Source of the DNA: Lingula anatina
Lineage: Eukaryota; Animalia; Brachiopoda
DNA length: 64,000 bases
Direction of reading: 5' to 3'
Assembly: GCA_051362555.1 (NCBI GenBank)
Contig: CM120641.1
Location: forward strand, 3,596,001 to 3,660,000
The notes beneath the pieces are model-generated. The model saw nothing but the letters and a program-made list of their open reading frames with translations. It did no database searches and was not told the origin of the DNA. Positions 49,597 to 61,714 of the stretch are shown in pieces (the stretch's first letter is position 1; each line of letters begins with the position of its first letter). A program made the position numbers and the translations under genes.

Positions 49597-52500
49597 TTAT
49601 ATATCTGTTGGAGGGAGACAATGGTCTTTCCAGAAAAATGCATTTAATTCATCCCAGCTGTAAGATTTGGGCGGCTCCTCTTGAAAGTGCAGGCGTTCAC
49701 AGAGGTGACAGAAAGCACGGTCTGGAAACTGACGATACTCGTTCTTCCACTCAAGATATTTGACGTATTTTTCTGGATTCTTATCAAGCATGTGTAAATA
49801 TTCAGCTAATTCTTTAGGTGAGTTGAAGTCATCGGTGTTGATATGCCATTCAGGACGGATTCCTGCTCGAGTGTAGTCTGTATTCCCGCGAGTAACGGCT
49901 ACAATATCTATGTTCACGGTTTTATAAAACTTTTCGGTCACGTAATCTAGAGATATGCTATTTTCGAACGCTAGATAAAATTTGTAGTCTCTCGCTAAGA
50001 GGTCCAAACACGTGGTATCCCACCCCCAACTACCAGACCGTTGACATTTCAGGGGACCACACGCTCCATATATATCCACTTCTATGTATTTCTGGAGTTC
50101 TTTTACAAAGTCCATGCGGCGTGAAGGTGTTTTGCAGTTGGATACCATCCATGCCACCAGTTTCCTTTTCGATTTAGTAACACTAAGGTAATCTTTTTTG
50201 ATAGGAGTGTCTCTCTTGGCTATCTCTGTGTACGGTAACAAGACGTCTGCATCTGCGCGGTAAACCATCGTCCAGTTGAAGAGTCCATCCCATGATTTGT
50301 CAAGCGGCCGGGAGTGGCAGGGGCTCTCCCCCTCCACCCACACCCACCGCTGGCTAGGGTGACGGTACGTTGGACCTGTCTTTGGGGTGGATTGCCCATT
50401 TAGAAAAAATACCACGTCTGCTTGTTTCACCAAACTCCGGTCTTTTGTAAGTTTGCACGCTTTCACTGGACAATGCCTCACCTCCATTAAGTCGTAGAAC
50501 TTTGATCCAAGAGGATTCCAATTCCAGTCCCAGAATAACAGCGTTTTGTTCTTTAGTTTTGACAGTGTTAGTTCATCGTGTTTCTGTGGAAGGGTTTCTG
50601 GATGAATGGCTATCTGGGCAGGGGAGTGGAAACCAGTCTTTTGCCTGTTTGGACGCCTCGATAAATCTGGAATTAAAAGTGTACACATGAGTACTTATTA
50701 AGTTTTAGATAAAGCATGCTGGGTTGTTTGACGGAATTGACCGATGAACTTGAACCGTCTGACCTCGGGTTGGTCCTGGGTGACGTCATGATGATATACA
50801 AATAAAGATAAAAAATGCTGGGACGAAATTGACCAATACTTGAACCGTTCTACAATAGACTCGGCCGTGCTGAATTCGACATACAAGCACGTCCACGGTC
50901 TCTTGCACTCCCGTTACTCACTAGCTAATAAGGGCCCAATATCTGCATAACAGGTTCTAGCGCCCACCACGCCCTACACTCATAATATTTCGCGTACAGC
51001 CTGGCGACTCGTATCTACCACATAGCGATGATCTGTCAGACCTCTGCGGGTCTATGGTTCAAGTGGACAGAACGGCACAGAACAGTGACCAGAGGAGAGT
51101 TTTTTGCGAGGGGGCCACGGCGGGTCGGCATCGACCCAGCCGTTCTTGATGATTGGTGATTATTCTCAACATATCAGATATAGGTCCTTTTGAAGAAAAC
51201 AAAAAAGTGTGAAATGAAGTGAAAGATATAGTCGCAATTTCTACTTTTTCTGAGTCTCTGTTGACAGAAAGTGATAAATCTGGATTTTTTAAATAAATCA
51301 ATGAAATCCAAGGAAACGCACTTGACACCAACTAGATTTATATTAAAGGTCAAATAACACTGTGGAAAACAATGTGAATAATATTTTATCTGATAATGAA
51401 CGCTGTTTCCCCCAGGCATATATTTATGTACTTGAGACCCATAAAATTCTATGGGAAATGGCAGCCATCTTTCATAGAGGGCAAACGGTGCCCTTTGGTA
51501 CGGTTTAGAACTATGATTAAGCTAGTCAAAATTCTAATTCCAAGAGGGGAATATTGATGGGATATATTTTTCAGAAACCGAAGGGGGTGTCAGGACCCCC
51601 CCCCCCCCCCTCTAAATTCGCCGCTTAGGCAAATGAAGGATCAAGGTATCTTTATCATCAATACATGATGGGCGAGAAGAAGTAGTGTTTTTGGGAACTT
51701 CTCAGTATCTACACTGCTGCTGCTGCTGATGGTGGACTGGTGGTGGTGCTGCTACCCCAGCAGGCATAGTCGCGTTGGATCAACGTTATATATATATATA
51801 TGTATACATATGTGTATACCCTACATATATTTAGTCATCAAACATGTCCTACTGCTAAACACATCCAGTCTAAAAGGGTGTACCATGCTTAGGTGCAAGA
51901 CATGCTAAATGCGTTGAAAAAATCAGACAAAGCAGGCACTTGGATGTTTTTACAGTGTACGTTATAATTGTGTACCTGTGTTTTGTACCAAAATAGAAAC
52001 ATTTCAGGTCATTTTAATGTCTTTCATGCAAGAATGTTGTCTAAAAACTGGGGTTGATACAATGTTGTTATCTGAGGTTGAGTCAACTTTCAAATCCAAT
52101 ATTTACCCAACGTCTTATCAACGTTATGGTTCAACGTTGTTTCAATGTTAAAACAACATAATTTGCCCGCTGGGACAGCTGCTGCACGAAGCGGCTGTGG
52201 CTGACGTTGGTCGAAAGGGCTGTAGAGGCGTGTTCAGCCTTGTCCTTCAGCGTCTAACACATGACTAAGATCGCATTCACAACGAGTTGAGCCATGGCTT
52301 TACAAATCCTGGAACTAGATATGGCGGACGTACATGAAAGAAAAACCGCCTAATCTTTTAATAGTCCCTCCGCCTCTCACACGCCTCCCAATGTGTCGTC
52401 CCACTGGAGCCGAGATTTAATGACTGTACCCCCGCAGGGACGACGCATGGGGAGGTGTGTGAGAGGCGGAGAGACTATTAAAAGATTAAAAGATTCTTTC

Positions 52501-54225
52501 ATGTACGTCCGCCATATTTAGTTGCAGGATTTGTAAAGCCATGGCTCAAATCGTTGTGAATGCGATCTAAGTGACTATTAGGGCCCCTAACATGTATGAG
52601 TAAATTAGGCAGTGCATAAGTGCAAGGGCACTGTAGTAGCCAATCAGAGGCCGTGGTTTAAGCCAGATACAACACTTGTCGCCCAGCTGTACGTGAAAAT
52701 TTCTCGGGTAAACTAGGGTCAACAGGATCTGGAACTGGACAGTTCATGACAATTGGTCCTATATATTTTTTCTGATGAGTGTCGCTTTGGTCTGACCTCT
52801 GATGACAGACGGGTGGCAAACTGCTGGTAAAGCATTTGAACCACATGCACTGAATTTTCGAACCCGGAGCAGCATATTCATCATGGTGTGGGGCTGCATC
52901 AGCATCCATGGCTTGGGCGAATTGATAGTGGTTAATGGAAACATGAATCACTAGAAATATATCGATGTTTTGGAGTCAGGCTTGCTACCATCTATTACTA
53001 ACATGTTTGGTGAAAGGAATTATCCATCTGTTCACCAGGATGACAATGCTCCTTGTCACAGGCCCAGAGCAGTTGATGATTGGTTTGACCAACAGGACAT
53101 TCGCAGGGTGATGTGGCCTGCCCAGAGTCCGGATACAAACATAATAGAAAATGTGTGGAATGATATGTCAAAACTTTTTACAAATGCCCGTCTAACCAGC
53201 AGGGAAACTCTGTTATATTCAGTGTTTCATGCTTGGGCAAGCATAAGCCCTGAACGCATCAGACAATTAAATGATTCCTTGCTTCGTAGACTGGCACCTA
53301 TTATTAGGTCACGTGGCTATGCCACTAAGTACTAATTTTGGACTTGAAACTACATATTTTGGTAGAATGTATATTTTGTTCTCATTTTGTGATTTTTTGT
53401 GAAATTTGATGTTAATAAAATGATACCAGGAGCATATCATTCCACAGTCATTTATCTCCCCCATAGTATTGGCTCAGTAGGGGTGACACTTCTTTTGTCC
53501 AGTGTGTGTATATATTTGATTCCTATGGAAATCCGGCCTACTTTAACGTCAACCACCTTGATTGTGTCCCGAACTATAACTTGGTGTGTAGACCTTTTTT
53601 GCGCTGTATAATGTTGTATTTTACCCGTACTTTATTTAAAGCTTTGTTTTGAAATTTGAAAACTGTACGTGATTACTGCAAATGTGAGGTTTATACATAA
53701 TATACAACCCCCTCCCCCCCGGCTCTCTTCAGCCTGATTTCTTCAGCGTAGAGTGTGCATGGTATTCTCACCTGAGATACTGTTCACTGTGTCAACTGGT
53801 TCACTGTGTCTGACATTTTCCCGTTTTAAAACTGCACCGTTTTCTTTACTCCCGTGACTCCATAGAAATATCAAGCGGTATTAGGACCAGGGCACGTTTG
53901 ACAAGGCGCGATAAAGAAAGCATTTTGAACTTCTGCCCTTCAACGAAGGCGAGTCACCACCCAAGTTTAAAACGTATTACATAATATACATACCACCCCC
54001 CTCCCCCCGGCTCTCTTCAGCCTGATTTCTTCAACGTAGAATGTGCATCGTATTCTCACCTGAGATACTGTTCACTGTGTCAACTGGTTCACTGTGTCTG
54101 ACTTTTTCCCGTTTTAAAACTGCACCGTTTTCTTTACTCCCGTGACTCCATAGAAATATCAAGATGACGAAGCCAAGCGGTATTAGGACCAGGGCACGTT
54201 TGACAAGGCGCGATAAAGAAAACAT
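49597..54225 (-). CDS. Alpha-1,3-fucosyltransferase (GT10), copy 3; exons 54225-54060 and 50666-49597, ~411 aa
   Basis: GT10 motifs intact; TM exon MFSLSRLVKRALVLIPLGFVILIFLWSHGSKENGAVLKREKVRHSEPVDTVNSIS(G); phase-1 junction in frame. Confidence 0.92.
51756..52174. mobile_element. Internally deleted, inverted copy of the 40737-41647 CMC/EnSpm-like element
   Basis: AC|CCCAGCAGGCA...TGCCCGCTGGG|AC; reverse complement of 40737-41105 plus the other terminus; deletion junction at a (TA)n run. Confidence 0.85.
52269..52567. mobile_element. Palindromic Tourist/Harbinger-like MITE, 299 bp, TAA TSD
   Basis: TAA|GATCGCATTCACAACGA...TCGTTGTGAATGCGATC|TAA; arms ~130 bp. Confidence 0.88.
52700..53508 (+). 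mobile_element. Tc1/mariner transposon remnant (3' half of a DD34E-type transposase plus right TIR)
   Basis: FSDE(C)RF at ~52767, MVWGCIS, HQDDNAPCH and WPAQSPDTNIIENVW, with frameshifts and stops; ends ...ggggtgacacttcttttgtccagtgtgtg|TA. Confidence 0.9.
53772..53923 (-). pseudogene. Frameshifted tandem duplicate of FucT copy 3 exon 1
   Basis: 53695-53964 duplicates 53978-54265; a 14-nt deletion between caag direct repeats gives MLSLSRLVKRALVLIPLDISMESRE*; donor site retained. Confidence 0.88.
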
Positions 54226-55883
54226 TTTGAACTTCTGCCCTTCAACGAAGGCGAGTCACCACCCAGCCCTTCCTCCGCAATGAAGCGACCTCTATTGGTG
54301 TACGTGTCAACGTTAAAGCTTTTGTGTATGTAAATTTTGCTGTAGCCGTGCATGTCTCTTTCTACAAAAAATGCACGTAGAAATATGACACAATAGGAGC
54401 CCCGAGCGAGGACTATTGTAACGAGTTTGTTGACAGAGTAATAATAACATCAGTTTATTAACGTCCCAGTAGATCTGTATTACTCGAGAATTGTGTTGTG
54501 TATTTTACCTGCATCGATCGCGGTGTAGAAAATAACATTCACACATGTGCAATTCCATATAATGGCTTGTTCAGAGATTTGTGAGCATTTCAGTATTGGT
54601 GGCGTTTTGATTAGTTTCTTGAGATATACCTGTAGGAGTCCAAGGAGACACCCAAAGAAGGATCCGTATTGGGTGGATAGGGAGTGGGTGGTTTTGGGCG
54701 GGGAGGGGAGCTCAGAGCAGACATATGCTCCCATTAGCCCTCGAAGGTTCTCCCGTCTGTCTCCCAACAAAACAGTATAATGAAAGAAACATTTTAAGGG
54801 CTTCAGAGCATTTGTCCTCAAAGATGCCCGAGAGAGAGAGAGAGAGAGTGGATGATGATAGGGACCTCCAAAGATGCATTTGAAGTCACAGGTTCGCCAC
54901 AAAACCCGACCAAATGCCACCATACAGTTTCCATTAACATAACTTAAAGAAATACCAAGCGGCATTGTCTCATATTAAAAAAGACATTTGAGCGATTTTT
55001 TTTTTTTTTTTTTTTTTTGCTTTCTTTCTGCGCTATGTACATGTATAACCCTCAGTCGTTTACGGCAACTTATTCAGACGGATGGCATATCTCCCATTGT
55101 AATTACTAGTGAATAAATAATCAGACTTCTAGTTACAGTGTATAAGATTTTTTAAAATCCTTAATATAAAAAGAACGGAGTCACAGCTCAGCTTTCATGC
55201 ACTTGCACAGAACGAATAATGGCTACCACTTCTTACATCTTTTCTATTTGGTACAACATTGTTACGGGAAATCTAGTTCTACGTTTTAATATATGTGCTA
55301 TTTAAACAATGTCGGAAGATAACATGTTGGGAAACGTGGGTACTTTCACTTTCGACAACTACTGTAGTCACCTCGATCTTTCTATTTTCATGTAAGGTCT
55401 GCGCGTTGTTATGAGATCACCGAATGAGTTTAAAACAGTTGAGAAAGTGTAATTGTATTTTTCCTTATTTCGTTAAAGTTTTTCCAGATCCATACACATT
55501 ACAGACGCGTGTCTTCACAGCACTTCTGGTGGTAAAGCAAAAAAAAAAAAAAAAAGTCCGCTGTTAACTATGTCAGTGATGGAAACATTTTTAATAACAA
55601 AGAATAAAGAAATATATAATTTTGCTCAAGTGTTAATAGAAATACATTTATTTAATACCACTACGTGAATTTTCAGTAGGTATGATGAATGAGGTACTGA
55701 CTGTAACTAAAACCTGAAAACATTTAATTTCCTATATATTACCTGTTGGCAAATCAAAATTATGAACCCATTTTATGTGGTGACCATCTTTTATTTGAGT
55801 CATCTGTCTTTAAATATACAATTTTAATTGAAAATAAAGAATTCGGTTTATTCGAATCCATCAATACATGTAAAATATTGATA

Positions 55884-56051
55884 AATATTTTCAAACTTAG
55901 GTATTTATATATTAACAAAATTATTGAAAATGTATAATGGCCGAAAAATGAAAAGGCCTTAATTTTATCAATATTTTCAAACTTAGGTATTTATATATTA
56001 ACAAAATTATTGAAAATGTATAATGGCCGAAAAATGAAAAGGCCTTAATTT
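55884..56051. repeat. Direct tandem duplication, ~86-bp period x2
   Basis: aatattttcaaacttagg...aaaaggccttaatttt occurs twice. Confidence 0.9.
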
Positions 56052-56862
56052 TTGTGGCCAGTGCAAATTTTGATAATATTTAATCAGGGGCAGATTCAAA
56101 GATATTTTCTGACAGGCTTCCACATCATCTAAATTGATCCACCTTCCATTTTTGACCGTCTTCCGACAAAAAAAAAGAATAGATACCCGTCATTGTAAAC
56201 TTGAAAATCTGACCGTCTTCCGGAAGACCCAGAAGACGGCCTAAATCCGCCCCTGTTAATTGTATAGTAACTTTGAAATCATTTTTTTTTTTTTTTGCAT
56301 TTACACACTGGTAGGACAAATGAATACAGTGGCGGCCATCTTGGATTTTGTGTGTTTCCGGTCCAAACGGACACCTTTTGGAGCCGGAAACAAACATAAT
56401 TGAAAAATTCGTGTTATTAACTATAAGGATCAATCATGAAACCTTTTGCTAGCGGGGGAGCAACCAACGTCAGTAATTACCTTTTTCATTTTGGTCAATA
56501 CACTAAACTAGTCAAAATATTTGAACTGACACGGGTTACTTAGATGGCACAGTGTATGAAGATGCAAAGGCGAATTATCTTCTTGTCCACTTTTTTTGAC
56601 AATTCCCTCTTAATGTAGCCTCTAAAAACGGGGCAATCTTGTCAGAAGAATAAATTCCAAATTTTACCAAAAGATTTACGAGCTTTTTGTCATTGGCTCA
56701 TATTGCAGTTGGACACGGCTACGTGTCATTCACGTGCCCCTCGCCTACTGGTATTTTACCACCATAAATGGTCAAAATAACATTAAAAGGATAAACATGA
56801 CATTGCTTCGAAGCCTGCTCGGACTGTGCATTTATACAATATATGCATAGACTGTATATGCT

Positions 56863-58527
56863 CTATATAATTCGGTCGCCTGTTATGAGAGGAGCTTGAA
56901 GCTCTGGCTGATTACTTTGGAAATGTGGCATTATTTTCTTATGTGTATACAACCAATAGAGAGAGAGCAACAGTGTGGTGCCTATAGGGGCAAATAGAGA
57001 AAAGTAACTGTGAGTGTTCCAGACAAGACCAGCGGCGTAAAACAATAATATGCCTGTCAGGAAAATAAGGGTTGGCCAGCGAAGAAACTGTTTAACTCTT
57101 TGAATCCTAGATTCGGAGAGCCGCGGGCAGCCTGATGGGAGGCAACGTCCGTGATGCTGAAGAGGAATTGTGTCTGGAAGAAGTTCATCGTCTGCCATAA
57201 TGTTGTCTGTATGCTCTTCCTCGAAATCGACGCTTGGAGTTTCCTCAAATTGGCTGCCCGAAATATCAGCACTTGGCGTATCCGGAACATCTCTATGCCC
57301 TCTTTCTCGAATACCACTATTTTTGTCGTTCCAAGATTGCTTATCTTGAATATGGTCAATTACAGCATTATTTTGGCGCTCCTCACAAAACGTCTCAGCA
57401 TCATCTTGAGCAGCGTTGCAATTGGAATATTTGCCATTGGTTTTTTTCTTCTTGTACCACGCTACCTGAACTCCGTTGAAACAACCAAGCGTGCTGGAGA
57501 AGTAGGACATGATGACATACTGTAATGGCATGACGAGCCCGTACGTAGACAGGAAATCACAGATCTTCCCGATGACAGCCAGCGTAACAGAGGCTGTGGA
57601 CTGCCCGCTAGTAGACCCCAGCTTCATGTTTAACATCACCTGAAAAGGTGATAACCTTGTATTAAACCATATTTAAAATAAATGTATATACAGTATGGAA
57701 AGGGGGTTCCTGTGATCACTTTTAAAATTAATAAAGGAAAAAATCGAACAGAGTGTTATCAAGTGAAATGAGATAAAGAGGAGTTTCTATATATTTCTTT
57801 AGTCCCGTTATACTTGCGTAAACTTGATAAAGGGTTTCCGATGCCGTATGCTATATTATTATATTTATCTAAAACCTAGTAAGCGTAAAATAAACTTCTA
57901 TTAGTTAGATGTGAGATTTCGAGATTTAAAAGTGTGTCAGGGTCTGGGTCTTTTTTCTGTAAGGTGGCGAGTGCTGATATAGATCATGCTGTTCAAATAA
58001 ACACAACAAACCCCATGCGGTTTGGTACTTAGATAACATACCTGCGGAAATGACTCAATACTCCATAACACAATGGCGCCCCACTGGATATCCATGTACC
58101 AGTCGGTAACCACTTCAGTTGTGATCAATCCTCCCCATAATAACACACAAACAAGACAATACACAAGCTTACTACGCCATCTTTGAGTTCCATACGCAAA
58201 AAACTGGATTAGAAGCGTGAACTCCATAACAGGCATATAAATGGCCTCCACCTTGGAGTATAAGGGCAACCGACCGATGTAAAACACAAAAAACAAGTTG
58301 ATAAGGGAAGCAGTAAAGTTGGCTGTGGCCCATAATACACTCAGTCCAACGACAGATTTCCGGCGAAAGTTCTTCCACACTTGAGGAAAGAGAACAATAA
58401 ACCAAATACACGTGCTTGCGAGTCCGCAGAGGTTAAAGATTATGCACAGCCCGTCTGGCCAGTCTGCACGGCAGTTTTTCAATAGAATATTTGAGTTATT
58501 GGTACCGTTCGATGCCGCGCTTGCCAT
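56863..58527 (-). CDS. PQ-loop repeat membrane transporter-like protein; exons 58527-58042 and 57639-56863, ~420 aa
   Basis: Two PQ motifs: WFIVLFPQVWKNFRRKSVVGLS and WSIESFPQ|VMLNMKLGSTSGQS; phase-0 cag|gtatgt ... ttttcag|GTG junction; multiple TM segments (cystinosin/PQLC family pattern). Confidence 0.85.
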
Positions 58528-58658
58528 AGTTACATATACCCTGGGGCAATTAACAATATCACTGGTCAGTCCATACCATCACCGTCATCACACAATGGCC
58601 ACTGGGCGATTGCTCTAACGCGGAATTATAAGTTCCAATCTTCAAATCCTTACTGAGT

Positions 58659-58682
58659 CGCCATTTTGTCAAGTCACATGTC
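58659..58682. promoter_or_regulatory. Candidate promoter elements: YY1-like CGCCATTTT and E-box GTCACATG
   Basis: Motif matches 130-155 nt upstream of the PQ-loop ATG; short motifs, untested. Confidence 0.3.
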
Positions 58683-59640
58683 ACGCTTTTTCAAGGTCAT
58701 CCCTCCTTGATAAATAAAAGCACTGGTAAAGAACCTGGCCTAAAACCCCAAAAGCAAACTTTCCCTTCCATTTGGCAAGCTCATATATAGATGTGATGTA
58801 AATACAGGGCTTCTAAGAACAAAATCAGCTTCCTCGAGTGGTTTCGATTCCGTTTAACACCTATACTTAGTAAAGGCTTTACCACGAAATGCAGATAACA
58901 TAAACAACCTGTGCTCTCAAAAGTGATAGATGGCCATAACTTTAGGGTAGGCCTACTGCTGACCCATCGTGTCTGATAGAAGTCGTAAATTTAAAGGTAG
59001 GATTTCAAGTCTATAGATCACTGAAAGGACCGGATTCTTTAACAGCGAGACATAAAAAAAATCAACCAACTGGAGTAAATAACAAGTCAAATACGTTCAC
59101 GTTATTGATTATTCGTCCAGGTTGCAGTAGAAAGATAACAAAAGGCTTGTCGAGGTGGAAAACGTTCAAAGCTATACTGAAATAAAATTTACATTCTTTT
59201 ACACTGTTTTCATTGGGAGACGTAGGCCTACTATATAAGTACGTAAGGTTGTGTCGACATAAATTATTCAGACGAATTTTTTTGTCTTGGTAACAAATTA
59301 CTTTCGATTTGCAGCAGAGTGTAATGGACCACTTTGACAGCAACACTATGTTCAGACGAGGGCTCTACATTGTTGTACTAGGTAGGTTTTACTTTGTGAG
59401 ATGTAGAAAATCATTTCAATGTTTTTTTTAAGATTGGGCAAGGGGTGTGGAAGATTTGTCAATTTAGCGGTGCGTAAACTGAGTGGGGCAGTGTGCCACG
59501 GCAATGTGTACTTTAAATTTAAAACATGGTAAACAAGCAAGACAAAGGCCTGAAATATTAATGTACAATTGGTGCAATAAAACCAAAGGAAATGATATGT
59601 GTGAAGATACATGTACTAAAAGGTATTCCTTAATTCACAG

Positions 59641-59844
59641 CCGCCATTGCCGCTTTCTGCCATGCGGTGGAGCCACCGAATTGCCCTGCCAACAAACCGT
59701 TCGTGAACTGCACCTTAAGTCCGTGTAATGTGAGCGTACCCTGTGTAACCTCTCCCACTGCAGTCTGCAAACCAGACTACTGCGGCGGGTGCGTGGCCAA
59801 GTTCTACGACAGGAGTGATAACAACGAAGTCCATTGTGAGGAAG
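59641..59844 (+). CDS. Cys-rich exon (8-Cys module with YCGGC) of a probable extracellular protein
   Basis: ttcacag|CCGCC...GAGGAAG|gttaga; 204 nt, phase 1-1; AAIAAFCHA (possible end of signal peptide) then VEPPNCPANKPFVNCTLSPCNVSVPCVTSPTAVCKPDYCGGCVAKFYDRSDNNEVHCEE. Confidence 0.8.
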
Positions 59845-59940
59845 GTTAGACAGGAGCAAGGCGAAATTCTCTCTCTCTCACAAACACACACCTACATACC
59901 GAAAACACATATTATCTGTCTGTCTGTCTATATAGATATA

Positions 59941-59964
59941 GTGTGTGTGTGTGTGTGTGTGTGT
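59941..59964. repeat. (GT)n microsatellite
   Basis: Direct reading. Confidence 0.9.
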
Positions 59965-60103
59965 GAAGATAATACTGTGTTCTTATGGATTTGGCATAAT
60001 GTGGCTGAAACAACTGGTTGAAATATAACCGAAATGCAGAGTTCAAACAAAGATGCCTAGATATACAGACTTTCAAACATGCGACTGAAGTAAATCTTAT
60101 GTA

Positions 60104-60333
60104 CACACACTGGACAATAGAAGTGTCACCCCTACTGAACCAATACTTTGGGGGAGATAAATGACTGTGGAATGATATGCTCCTGGTATCATTTTATTAA
60201 GATCAAATTTCACAAAAAGACCAACAATACAATTCCATGGTACAGCTGTTTTATACTCATTAGTCACATTATAAGTAGACCAGGCATTATAACTTTGATT
60301 ACTCTGATTCAGGGGTGACACTTCTGTTCAATG
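60104..60333 (-). mobile_element. Tc1-derived MITE (~230 bp) related to the 52.7-53.5 kb element
   Basis: 60104-60218 is the reverse complement of 53394-53508; the opposite end has a degenerate TIR ggggtgacacttctgttcaatg|TA; TA on both flanks. Confidence 0.82.
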
Positions 60334-60503
60334 TAATGTAAGACCAATGTAAGTAGTTAAGATAAGACTACATTTAGATATGCTTATGGTGGAAAAGGGA
60401 CGTTATAAAAAGCAAATTAGGCCTACATGTACGTAGGGGCCAGTCACCATGGCAGTAAATGGGGATATGAGTGGTCCACACTCACTATCCGCATGGAGAT
60501 TAA

Positions 60504-60732
60504 AGGTATAATAACTCTTCGTATGAGATCTATTTCACAATAAAAACATTGTAAAAAAACTCATAGAAATATAATATAATGTATAATATATATAATATAA
60601 TATTCTGTTTTACCACAAAACGGCGGGTACAGTACCATTATAGCTATTATTCTGATATCTGAGCTTGTTAGCGGATCACGTGACATCCACAGATGTATAC
60701 TCTGTAATAATCTCTTAGGAGATTTAATATTA

Positions 60733-60780
<48 letters not shown>

Positions 60781-60913
60781 AGAAAAAAAAACAGGGACTA
60801 AGTTTGAATGTAGCAATGGATTCATTAACCATTGGTAAGTATGGGAAAATTGTTGTTTACTCCAAGAAAATTCTTTTTTTTTTTTTTTTGCCAAAACGAA
60901 CAGTTATTATCCT
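60504..60913. mobile_element. Kolobok-like non-autonomous element with TTAA TSD, copy 2 (internal ~45-nt A tract)
   Basis: TTAA|aggtataataactcttcgt...acgaacagttattatcct|TTAA; colinear with 27710-28046. Confidence 0.8.
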
Positions 60914-60945
60914 TTAAGCTGAGATTTCGCAGACCCTATCGTACT

Positions 60946-61102
60946 AGGGGATTCTCGCTTAATTGCAATCAACTTAAGCGGCTTAGATGTCTGTCACGCC
61001 TATTGAAGCTGCTAGAGGGTAATAAATTATCGTTTAGCCGCTTCAGTAGCGTGCCAGACATCTAAACCGCTTAAGCTGAAAGCAATTTAGCGAGAAACCC
61101 CT
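60946..61102. mobile_element. Small palindromic MITE (~157 bp)
   Basis: AGGGGATTCTCGCTTAATTGC..CTTAAGCGGCTTAGATGTCTG / CAGACATCTAAACCGCTTAAG..GCAATTTAGCGAGAAACCCCT. Confidence 0.75.
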
Positions 61103-61279
61103 TGGAAATGGATCCATCTTGTTGGATTGATCTGGGAACCCAGTCTTTGTCTCTCTCCAAGTTGTCCTTTCTGGAGAAGGTTTTTGTGCACTGTGGACAC
61201 TTCAGCATCTTGTCAATGAATGAGAAGTGAGGGTGAGGAGTAAGCTATTTATATATATAAATAAAAGAGTTAATTTACA

Positions 61280-61382
61280 TCCTCCTCCTCTCTCCTCCCT
61301 CACCTCCTCCGCCTCCTTACTCCCTCCTCCCTAACTCCTCCTCCTCCCTACCCCCTCCTCCATAACTCCTCCTCCTCCTCTT
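61280..61382. repeat. CCT-rich polypyrimidine low-complexity tract
   Basis: Direct reading. Confidence 0.85.
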
Positions 61383-61431
61383 CATCTACTGTCTGTCTTT
61401 GACATTGACTTCTCTTTTCCTTCTCTTCCAG

Positions 61432-61536
61432 ACGAGGATCCTGAATCGGAAATGTACAAATATGAGAACAAAGCGAGCTGCAATAAACCCTATGGCCCTA
61501 TTTGTTACAATAACATCGCAGAGATGACTTCCCTTT
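61432..61536 (+). CDS. Possible small internal exon of the lectin-domain gene
   Basis: Strong acceptor ttctcttccag|ACGAG; DEDPESEMYKYENKASCNKPYGPICYNNIAEMTSL; donor uncertain. Confidence 0.4.
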
Positions 61537-61714
61537 GTGAGAAGCCTTCAACTAAGTCACTTGTTTTTTTAATCAATGATATTATTCAACTGCACATTTT
61601 TTTGTTTATCCTATTCAATAAAAAATGTTGTTCAATGTTGTAAAACAAACACAACCAAAGTAACCCAATATGCAGTCTTTTAACTCCAAGATTTTTTAAA
61701 TAAAACTCTCTCCT

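Noticed and set aside
54480-54965. 161-aa minus-strand ORF upstream of FucT3
   Set aside because: Spans a (GA)n microsatellite and has no domain features; likely chance.
56085-56255. caggggcagatt...aaatccgcccctg short inverted termini
   Set aside because: Probably a small MITE, but the TIRs are imperfect and there is no clear TSD.
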